NCBI RefSeq assembly: GCF_000711695.1
Contig: NW_013547017.1
Location: forward strand, 1-64,000
Origin: Tilletiaria anomala UBC 951
Taxonomy: Eukaryota
Direction of reading: 5' to 3'
DNA length: 64,000 bases
The notes under the pieces are model-generated. The model searched no databases. It saw only the letters and a list, made by a program, of their open reading frames with translations, and was not told the DNA's origin. Shown in pieces: positions 1 to 9,789 of the stretch (the stretch's first letter is position 1; every line of letters begins with the position of its first letter). The position numbers and the translations under genes were made by a program.

Positions 1-280
1 TGAGCTCGACTCGGGCGCCAGCGTACTCGCTGCCATTGGCGGCCACGCTGTACGCCCCATCGACGACAACATCAACCTACTCGCCACGCGTGACCTCGGC
101 CGACTTGCCGACGTCCTCGGTGTTCGCGCTGCCGGCCACGACGCCGACGAGGCAACTCACTACCGCCGCGATATCGGGCTTGAGTGCGCGACTTCGACCT
201 GCGACGAGTTCGCTAAGCGCGAAGCGGAGGAGATCCTTGCGATGCATGCGCGTGGCCTTGGCTTCTTCGTCGAGGAGTGA
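1..280 (+). CDS. 3' end of an unidentified protein-coding gene, truncated by the window edge (...ELDSGASVLAAIGGHAVRPIDDNINLL...EILAMHARGLGFFVEE*)
   Basis: Frame starting at base 2 is open to TGA at 278-280 with strong C/G third-position codon bias like the other genes here; no family motif recognised. Confidence 0.65.
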   Translation, partial: ELDSGASVLAAIGGHAVRPIDDNINLLATRDLGRLADVLGVRAAGHDADEATHYRRDIGLECATSTCDEFAKREAEEILAMHARGLGFFVEE

Positions 281-1471
281 ATGCAGGAGAAGTCACATGT
301 AGCATAGGTCGTTGGGCGCTGAGTAAGCGATTCCAGAATAGTGATCGATAAAAGCACATTTTGCGAATGTACAGGAGCGTCACTGAAGAGACGATCTACA
401 TTCATAAATTCCAGCACGCTCACGCGCTTACCAGGAAAGCTCGGATGCGATGAGCTCATCTAGCGTGCGAGATAGCCGCATGGGGTCTGGATTCATCAAA
501 GGGATGAGAGATAAGCGTGCACGGCTCATAAGCAAGCAAGTCCGCGTATGCTTGATTCCAGGTATATGCAACCGGACCATACCCCCCTTTGCCCACTGTA
601 CGCCGCAAGAGATGCGGCAAGAAGGGACAACGATGTTAGCTAGTTGAAAGAGATTCTACCGCTTACTTAGTCTCATCGGAGGCTCCGGCTCATGTGGTGC
701 CATCATTGTCATACCAAACGCACCGCTTGACCTTAGAGAGCTCCCATTCTCCGAATCTTGGCGCCCTTGATGTGAGAATCGATTTTGGCACTCGGCCTGT
801 TCCCCAGCAAGGATACAACATGTTGATTTCTGCACTACAGCTGCCTCCTCCTGCTTCCTTTACTGTAATGCACTCCAAGCGCTCCTGCCTTCCGAATTTC
901 GGAGTCACAATATCATCGAGGGAACCAAAACAACGATTAAGCCGAGACGCGGCAAGAACAGAAGGTGATGACGCGGTGCGGGACTGAGACAGCGCCACGC
1001 GCATGATGTTTCATGCGGTGCGCCGCTGTACTAAGCAACCTTCCCCGTATGTATGTATACAGTATGTCAGTGACGCTCGCCTCCAGCGAGTCCTTTGGGC
1101 TTCCGGCCCATGACGCGGGATAAATTTGCCACTGCACCAACCAGGACCAGATTCGAGAAGTGAGAGAAGAATGAACGACGGGCATGCCGAACGCAGAGGC
1201 ACGAGGGTGGAGGGGCAAGCGTATCTGTCTTCAGTGTGGCGTGTGGCCCCTTGAAGCATAGTCTGTCAGACACCCACATTTGCTTCCTTATATACTCAGC
1301 GTTGAGTATGAACACTTACGAGGTTTGACCGGGTTCCCCCTTTCTACCTCTACACCTCAATTCCCGCCTTCACCATCCACGCCGGTCGTGTCAGCTTTCT
1401 CCAACCCCCTTGTGCGCTGGCCGCACAACTTTCTCTTATCATTTTATACAACCCGAGCAAAACGTCTCAAA

Positions 1472-2476
1472 ATGCAGATTCTTCCATTCCTCACCTTCAC
1501 CGCTGTGGCGCTACAGGTCGTCAGCGCCGACCCGATATTGCTCAACCAGCGGGATGTTGGACGACTTGATTCATTCGATCAAGATGCCATTTCACTTCGC
1601 CGAGCGTACTTTGACCAAGAAATTCAAGGGGTCCTCAATCGACGAGCCCCAAGCCTACTTCCGGCGCCTAGGCCAGCCCCTTCTGCAGGATCCAAGCCGG
1701 CAGCGCCTGCTGACACGGCGAAGACGACTCCGAACACCAACCCTAGCCCCAAGCCTGATGCACCGAAGACGACTCCGAACACCAACCCTAACCCCAAGCC
1801 TGATGCACCGAGGACGACTACGAACACTAGCTCTAGTACCAAGATTGGAGTCGACAAGTCTGAGAACAACAGTGGCAGCGCTAAAGGAAACCAGGGTACG
1901 ATCTCCAACAGCATGAACAACGTCAAGGAAAAGGACACGTGTTCAATCTACATCGGTTCTCGCGATTTGACACACGTCTTCGACCCCGAAGGCGAGTTCC
2001 AGAAGAGGGAGTCCCCAAACCCTTCGACACTTAAATGGACCCCCGCAAAGACTACGACCAACTCCCAAGGAGAGACGTTCTACCGCAGCAATTGCTACTG
2101 CGGCTGCAAGCGCGCGTTGACCGACATTATTGGCACCCAAGCCCCGCTTGCCGTTCGGGGAGTACAAATTGCTGACATTCACGCCCGTGCGATGATCGCT
2201 CAGCTTGAGAGCGGCTGCTCTATCGTCGGCGAGGGCCCTAGCGACACCAAAAGGTGGAAGGGCGCCTGTGATACGTCCACCCTGGGCGGCCAGCCTGTCA
2301 AATCGGTTCTTCAAGCAGCTTCTGCCAAGCGAGCGGTTGCCACTAAGGCCGAGTTGCAGCCGGGTTGCTCCATCGTCACCAATGCCGCCACCGGCAAGCA
2401 TCAGTGGACAGGCAGCTGCGATGCCTCGACACTCGGCGGCAAGCCTATCACGTCTGCTCTACCGGAGGCCGCATAA
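1472..2476 (+). CDS. Secreted, repeat-containing, Cys-bearing protein with multiple dibasic (Kex2-like) sites; effector/peptide-precursor candidate, 334 aa
   Basis: ATG in aaaATG context; signal peptide MQILPFLTFTAVALQVVSA-DP; RR/KR sites; Pro/Thr/Asn repeat; duplicated C-terminal GCSIV...W.G.CD.STLGG.P module; intronless; TATA-like TTATATA near 1288. Confidence 0.85.
   Translation: MQILPFLTFTAVALQVVSADPILLNQRDVGRLDSFDQDAISLRRAYFDQEIQGVLNRRAPSLLPAPRPAPSAGSKPAAPADTAKTTPNTNPSPKPDAPKTTPNTNPNPKPDAPRTTTNTSSSTKIGVDKSENNSGSAKGNQGTISNSMNNVKEKDTCSIYIGSRDLTHVFDPEGEFQKRESPNPSTLKWTPAKTTTNSQGETFYRSNCYCGCKRALTDIIGTQAPLAVRGVQIADIHARAMIAQLESGCSIVGEGPSDTKRWKGACDTSTLGGQPVKSVLQAASAKRAVATKAELQPGCSIVTNAATGKHQWTGSCDASTLGGKPITSALPEAA
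1721..1828 (+). repeat. 45-bp coding tandem repeat (KTTPNTNP[S/N]PKPDAP, two full copies plus a partial third)
   Basis: aagacgactccgaacaccaacccta[g/a]ccccaagcctgatgcaccg at 1721-1765 and 1766-1810, degenerate third copy from 1811. Confidence 0.9.
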
Positions 2477-2945
2477 TGCTCGGGACTATTCGGATAAGCA
2501 CGGAGGCAGATGCATGCGTGAATTGTCAGCATCCCATTTTTAACTGTTTAGCCAACTAATATGTAGGAATACAGGGTGTCACAGGAAGGAATTGATATCT
2601 GCGGAGATTCAGCCGATTGCATCGCATCATGATTCCTCGTTCAGATGCGAGTTGGAACATGCTCATGTTGCAGTCTTTTCACTTGACAGCGTCGGTCAAG
2701 CTCGACTTGATAGCACTTGCGAGACCAGGACATGCCAAGAGCAGCCAGCACATTGGAGGGCGACCCTCGCCAAACTCGGGCGGGAAATTGCGCAGGAGCG
2801 TTCCGGAGCTAATGAGCGACAGCAGCCTCGTCGTGGTGGTCTCATCGAACCCCAATGTTCATTTGCATCAGGACCGTTGATGCAGCATGTGGGAATGCAC
2901 CTTGTTGCGGGTTACTACAGGCGTCTGTCATGAGGTGTAGAGAGT

Positions 2946-3737
2946 TTACACTGTATCGTCATGGAAGACCCAGCGCGTGTCCTTTGGTGAGATCGGGCTG
3001 TGCTTGGTATATTTCTCGTTGTCCGGCGGTCGCTCCTTTCTCTGTGCTCATTGACAATCAAAGCAGGAGAGAGTATCAACTCATCTGTCAATTGTTCCGT
3101 TGTAAAGTCCATGTCATTCGCCTCACCTTACACGATGCCAGCATGCTTTGAAGCGTCAAGAGAACGGATGAGACACTCAGCACAGGCGACCAGTCGTTCG
3201 CAAGGATACTGGCGCAGATGTGCCCGTTGCTGTAACTGAAGAGTTAAATCAAAGGAGGGGCAATCAATTGAGCTTTCAATACTTAGGCTGCACCTGCACT
3301 AGGCTAGACTCACACATGTGGATGCTATTTGTGGCGGCCATAATGATTGGAGTAAATGCGAGTTGTAAGATTGTATCATCCTAGTGCAGCATACAGCACA
3401 AGCTCACCTCTGGAGCCTTGAGGGTGTCATTGGTCACAAAGACGACCTCGGGGGCTTCCCACGGATACCGGTTTGAGAATCTGAAGCGCAGTCGAAACTT
3501 CTCGTTTTCAAATACGGACCGACCGAGCACGCTCAGCTCGAACAGCCATTCCTCTAGATTATCGGCTGATATGAGCGTGGTGCCCGCGGGAGGCCCGTTG
3601 CGTTGCAGCTCTTTCACCCGGTCGAGTGACACGAGCGCGATGCGGATATGAGCTTGCGATTATGCCTGTTCGTGGAACCTAAAGGAATACGTACCCACAA
3701 GCTCCTTTGCCAATCTTTTGGATCCCGGGTTCGACAT
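2946..3737 (-). CDS. UBE2W: Ubiquitin-conjugating enzyme E2, UBE2W type; 5 exons (3737-3695, 3610-3408, 3324-3314, 3235-3127, 3041-2946)
   Basis: Spliced product MSNPGSKRLAKELVELQRNGPP...YPWEAPEVVF...HPHVYSNGHICASILANDWSPVLSVSSVLLTLQSMLASC...WVFHDDTV; HPH motif and W.(F/Y)HDD tail typical of UBE2W; all intron phases consistent. Confidence 0.92.
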
Positions 3738-4560
3738 GGCGAAAGCATCAAACTGGCTACCCGTTCACACTTGAGTCTGGCGTGCAGATAGTCAGGGCCG
3801 CGTTCATTCAGATCAGGCATGCAGTTCTTAGCGGGTCCTCTACTTGTGATAGCAGTGCTGATACAATTACCGCATACACCTGTCCTAGTGAATAAAGCCC
3901 GAAGTGCTGGCTCCTACATTCTGTGCAAGGTTCGGCATTAGCTGTTGCGGACAAAGGTCGTCTGGTCCATCATTAGTAGATAGACAAGTGGCCACTGCAA
4001 TCAAGTCCCGTTGTGCTCGGTGCTCACACAGAGAGGCGCAGTGCCTGCATTCCCACCGTCTGCGGCTTGACAAAAAGAAAACTAAGGCAAGCAGACCCTG
4101 GCGTCCAGGTGTGTCATCTGAGATGGCGATTGGGACATCCGACGGACTGTTACTTGACAGATGCATTTCTAGAGTGGCTAATTGGCAATCCAAACAAGCC
4201 AGACAAGCGGATGGATGGTCGTCGCAGATGTCTGCAAGCGACGTGCAATAAAGTCGATGCAAATCTGGGCATGCTAGAGCATTTGAACCGAGATGCGGTC
4301 CGTGCAGCACAGCGTAACACTATCGCCGTCACTGAACAAGTGTCTTCGCCGCGATGTAACGCAGTCTTGGATTGAGGTAATCTACAATAAAATGAGATGG
4401 AAGCGCACGCCCAATAGGTGTACGTGGTGATGCTTTGTTCGTGGGCTCTGAATATCCAAGGGGAACCTTCATAGCGCATGTGGACCGCTAAAGAATGCGT
4501 CCTGTCAGCACCGCCCATCATTCAGCGTCGGCACTGCTTGCGGCCCACTTGGTTTGCCTC

Positions 4561-7137
4561 TCATGAGGTTCGCGACGTTAAGATGCTCGCCCAGCCTGTT
4601 TTTGAGCGAAAGAGAAAGCATATCGATGAGCTCTGCTGGTCTGCAACGCTGAGCTTTGGAAGCTATGCGGCAACGTATGCACTTACCCGGTTCATAATCA
4701 TCATCGCTGGCGTCCAGCTCTGCAGCGCTCATCATGCGTCCCACTGGAGGTCGGTTGAGCTTCTGGCTCTTACTCCGCGCTGGTGTATTGGACGCTGAAC
4801 TGGCTGACTGAGGCGTATCGCTGCTAGCTTTGCCTCTGCCTTGTCGATCTGCAGCGCCATTGTGCTGCTGATGCTGTTGCAGCTCGATGCCATTGCTTTT
4901 GGGTGTCGAGCCGTGGTTGTGGTGGAGCAGCGTGACGGCCGAGTCCGAGGCGGATACGGGCACCGCATGAGTCGTGCCTAATCGCAAACTGAATAAGGAC
5001 GACACTTCGTCTGCGTATCCGGCGGACGACGGCACAGAGACCATGGTGAACTCATCGTCGTCCATGCCATCCCCCTCGTAACTTGCATCAGCTCGGCGAG
5101 CACCATCATTCTCATCCTCGTCCGCATCCGGATACAACGGTGCATCTGCGATGTTGCTCTGCATCGCAGCATGTTTCCCAGCACGGTCGGCTGCCCAGCG
5201 ACCTTGGCCTAGCTGGCGCTGCCTCGACGGCATGCCCGATCCGCCACTCGAAGGAACAGCAGCACCCGCTGAGCTGGGGGTCTCGGCGCTCTCAGCCGAG
5301 TACTCGCTCGATGCGGATGAGGCATCGGCTTGCTGCAACTGCTCGTCCTGACCGGTGCCAATTGCTGATGCATGTCGCCGAACAGCTTTCGCTTCATGCT
5401 TCGACGGCACCGCATCCGCGTTACTCCCAATGAAGCCAAAGACGTCTTCTGAATGTACTGTCCGACTGGTCGACGGCCCATGCGCAGGGCAGTCTATCGA
5501 GTCGATCATACTATCCACTCGCGCCTGTAGCTGCCGTAGCTTCTCCGGGGTTGAACCCTGCACGCCGACATCGATGAGCGGATCACGCAGGCTGCGATCC
5601 GCGTCATCCTCCCGCCCGCCATCGTCACCGAGAACGCCTTGGAGAGCGCTGGCATCGGCCGGCCGAGCACCGCGTATCTCGGATGAAGGGGAGAGCCGCA
5701 CGCCATTATTTGCCGGTCTGCGCGGCGTCTCAAGTGGCACTGCAGGCAGAGTTGGGAACTAGGCGCATGTAAAGGCCATCGGGTAGGAAGTAAAGTGTGG
5801 ATAAATGCTTGTGTGAGCTTCTCGAACTGCCGGTTGATCATTGCTTTCGCCGTGAATCAGTGACTCACCTTGACATCCCCCTTCTCAAACGAAGGACCAC
5901 CGGTATCCGCTGACCGCGCTCGATCTCTAGCGATGGCGTCCACATTCACCTCGGCATCTGGAGTCTTAGGGAAGCTTGGCACGACGTCTCGCATGCCTTT
6001 GAGGCTATCGAGTCCACCTGAGCCAGGGCTTACGTCTCGCGCATCAACATGCGCAGCATCTCCCTTTGCACCAGCAGCAGAGCCAGTACTAGCTTCTTCC
6101 ACTAAGGCAACTGCCCCTAACTCCAGCCTTTGCTGACGGTGTTGCGCCTGCGCTTCTCGCTGCTGGCGGTAGTACCGCGCCGTCTCTGTCTCCGCTTCGT
6201 TGTCCAGCTCGGCGAATGCATCGGCGCCGCCGCCCAAGATCTTCGGCGCGGATGCGAACGGTGACGTGCCGTATTTATTCAAGGAAGGAGGCGTGGGCGG
6301 CAGTGCTGGATGCACCTGCTGTGGGGCGGGCGCTGGGAACGGCGCACCTACATTGGCAGGCCCGGGAGCAAACGTTCAGCGGATGTGACTCAAGAAATAA
6401 ATGGAGGGAACTCACCTCCTCGACCAGTGGGCATGGTCTTTACGCCCCATATGCCTCCAGTTAACTGCGGTCTCATCTCGCCCTCTCTGCCATGCGATGC
6501 GCCGGACCCTCCAATCTGGAGCCAGCTGCCGCCGGTCAGCTGCGGCCGGAGCGTCTCGCCCCAGTTGCCGGTTCCCATGCCGCCAGCGCCAAGGCTGCCG
6601 GGGAAATTGAGCCGCTTGGAGCTCTTGAGCACGTCGGGATTTGGAGCGGGCGCGCCGAATGACGAGCGCGGGATCAGTGGCGCCTCAGTCGCGGCAGTCG
6701 CTTGGAAGCGAGCGATGCGGTCACGCACAGCATTCGGGCCGCCACTACTGCCACCGCCGGATACTGACGCGGAGATGGAGCGTGCAACAGTAGCCGCACG
6801 CGGTGAGGTGAACGATGAGTCTCCATTTATGGAGGCGCTGCTACCCCCCAGTGCGCTCGGCAGTCGTGGTGAGGAATCCGGTGTGATGTTTGCTCGTTGT
6901 AGAGCCGCTATGCGCTCGGACAGGGAAGCACCCGCGGCGGCGGTGGTACTGGCCGCTCCTGTTGGGCGGTTGCTGGTGCTGCCAGCAGGTTCATTTCGCT
7001 TTGTCGGTGAGCCGAGGCTATTCGAAACGGTGCTGCTGCTGCCAATGTCACTCCTGGTGAACATCAAGTCAGGGCATCAGAAGTGTTGCGGAAAGGTTCG
7101 GCGATGAAGGTAGCTCGCTATGCAGGACCACTCACAT
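4561..7137 (-). CDS. Unknown low-complexity (Ser/Ala/Gly/Pro) multi-exon protein with LxxQxTG motifs and an acidic-Trp C-terminus; possible endocytic/actin-patch protein
   Basis: ORFs 6390-7067, 5857-6315 and 4505-5740 are joined by canonical GT-AG introns; last exon gives ...DDDYEPG|WASILTSRTS*; start codon probably split AT|G across intron 7135-7054. Confidence 0.75.
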
Positions 7138-7855
7138 GATGATCCATGCGTGCGTCTCATATATCAATGAAGTGTTCCGAATGCCGTGTGTAGTATGCAG
7201 TTGCGGGTATGCAGCGTGCTCCTTGTTTTATTGGGAGGGTGGTCGTTGGCAGGCTCCCGCAGTGCAGACTGCAAGTGGGAGAGAAGCAAACAGACTGCCT
7301 TTTGCGAGGCTGAACCTTTGACAAATGCACCACTGTATTCCATGTGCCCACCATAAACCCTGGGGTTTCTGTCGTAAGCGAGATCCCTGGGTCGCCTTTT
7401 TCGAAGGGCACACCCGACGGGGGCTGGGGATCGTCCACTGCTGCTAGACAGCGCGCGTGTTCGGCGATGGAGAGTCTCCTCTGTGCTACTTGGTGTTGGT
7501 CTGGGGGCGAGGCGAGTGCGGTGACCAGATGATGAGACAATACACTTCGCACCTTGCTGTATGCACAAGCATATAGCTCCACCGCCGGCAAGAAGATGAC
7601 GAATCGTGCCCTTTTTGGAGGAATCCAGCTGAGACGACTGGGCGGTGTCGACCGGCTCGGATGAAGCAACCCAAGCGTCACTTGGCAAGCGCGCACCACA
7701 AAGCTCTCCCTCTCCCTTCCTCTTTCTCTTTCTGTCCCTGCCATGCTATATAGTAGTAATCCGCTGGACTGCGCCAGGAAGTCTCGTGCGTACCTCTCCA
7801 GACCGCGGTCCAGTGCCCCCGTGCACCCCACCCCCACTGCCCACCCTCGCCCCCC

Positions 7856-7865
7856 ATCACGTGAC
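7856..7865. promoter_or_regulatory. E-box ATCACGTGAC (bHLH Cbf1/USF/SREBP-type site) in the divergent promoter
   Basis: Perfect RTCACGTGA match between divergently oriented genes starting at 7137 (-) and 8276 (+). Confidence 0.4.
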
Positions 7866-8275
7866 TTAGCTTTTTGCCTGTCTCTCTGCAACACAGCCTC
7901 GAGATCGTATGTAGCATCGCATTGGGTTGGACAGCCGCTTCGAGCGAAACCTCTCGCCGGCCTGCGACCCTGTTTCAGGGTCACATTCACATGCGCACAC
8001 GCCGCACGCTTCGCCAGCCCATCGCCACGTAGCACATGACCCTGTCGCCGCCAACGGCACACACTCACCGCAGCACGGCCCTCTTCGTCTTTGTCGCCGC
8101 CATCACCGCCATAGGTGCCGCCGCTGTCCTTGCTGTGCGAGGCGGTGTGCCGCTCCTCCCTTTCTCCTGCTTGCCGTTTTTCCCGGCCTTATCGCTCGGA
8201 ACGAGCCAATTAACACACACTACTGTCCCCACTCTCGAGAAAAGGCCTTTTCCCTCCGACACCTCCGCGAACACC

Positions 8276-9404
8276 ATGGCCGCGGCCGCGCCTTTGCTCA
8301 AAACGCTCGTCGTGCCCCCTGCGTCGGGCGCAGCACCGACGGCAAGCGTCATCTTTGCCCACGGTGCGCATTCCAGGCCGGAGACATCTCCGCGGTAGCA
8401 TTCGATGAAATACAACCATTTGAACCACCATGAAATGATGATTGACACAACTTTTCTCCAATCGCACAAATACAGGCTTGGGCGACTCGGGCGCAGGCTG
8501 GATCGATGTGGCACGCATGCTGTCCGAACGTCCGCGCCTCCGTCACGTCCGCTTCGTCCTGCCCAATGCACCCGTCCAGCCCGTCACACTCAACATGGGC
8601 ATGAAGATGCCGTCATGGGTGCGTTCATGCTCGAAGTAGAACCGAAGAGATGAAAGACTGTGAAGCGTCTGACTTTCCATGCTGTACACCGCGCTGCACT
8701 TTTGTTGCCGGGTCCATCCTTCTGACGATAGTTTGATAGTAGGTCTTCAGCGAGCTGTGCGCGAAACTCGTAACCAAATTGCGCAGCGATGGAGATGCCG
8801 GCAGTCGATCTGACACCTCTGTGTCCTACCTCGCTCATGAACAGTCACCTCCCTGGAAGACGTGAGCCACGCGGAAGACGAAGCGGGGCTCCTCAGGTCA
8901 AGCGAAGCGATCAAGGCACTCGTGCACGCTGAGCATGCATCTTCGCCTTCGTCCATACCGTATGAGCGCATCGTCGTCGGCGGATTCTCGCAGGGCGGCG
9001 CAATCTCCTACCTGGCGGGCCTCTCGTCGTACGCGCAGGAGAAGCGGCCCCTGGCGGGCATCATGGCGCTGAGCACGTGGTGCCCGCTTCGCAAGCATGT
9101 GTCCGCCTGGTTCCAAGCGCACGAGAAGCAAGCAGAAGCAGCAGCAGCACAGTCTGCTCCGCTACCAGTCTTCATAGCGCACGGCACCGCCGACCCAGTC
9201 GTGCGTTTCTCGTTCGGCGAGCGCAGCGCCGAGCTCCTAAAGGAAGGCCTCGGCCTTGGCGGCTTCCGCCAGATCAGCGATGGCGCGCACAAGGGCCAGC
9301 ACACCGGCGTTAAGTTCGAGAAATACAGAGGCATGCCCCACTCGGCTTGCCCTGAGGAGATCGAGCATATGGGCCTTTGGCTGGAGAATGTCATTGCAGA
9401 GTAG
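8276..9404 (+). CDS. APT1: Acyl-protein thioesterase 1 / lysophospholipase (alpha/beta hydrolase); exons 8276-8363, 8476-8618, 8732-8738, 8845-9404
   Basis: HGLGDSG, PNAPVQPVTLNMGMKMPSWFDI, GGFSQGG nucleophile elbow, HGTADPVV, GMPHSAC (Ser-Asp-His triad). Confidence 0.92.
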
Positions 9405-9789
9405 CCCTGATTGGACAGTGAAGAAATGGCACGAGAAATGCAATTCAGGAGCAGCCGCCCTCTCGCACTGTTGAAACGCGAACAGCCCTTCGAATGCACA
9501 TTCTTGTCTTTCATCCTCTTGAGACTCGGACATCAACATATAGCGTGGCGCGTATGTTACATTTTTCCTTTTCTTTCGGAATGGCGTGCTGCAGGGAAAA
9601 GGCAGAGATACATGCTGCTCCCGTCTAGATTGATGCGATCAAACGGCATAGAGAAAGCATATGCTTGTCCTCTGGAAGCTGGCTCGCTCACTCGTACAAA
9701 CGGAACAAAAGCGCCGCCGAATCAATGAGCGGAACAATTCCTGTTGTTGACCTTGGCATTCTGCCCCTGCATGACCTTGGTCGCCTCGC

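Noticed and set aside
7136..7197. Box C-like ATGATGA and U2-like GTGTAGTA
   Set aside because: No nearby box D or terminal stem, flanks do not match U2 snRNA, and the region is explained by the minus-strand split start codon
7157..8068. 303-aa minus-strand ORF in the divergent promoter
   Set aside because: Non-ATG start, Arg/Cys-rich non-protein-like composition, runs through promoter low-complexity tracts
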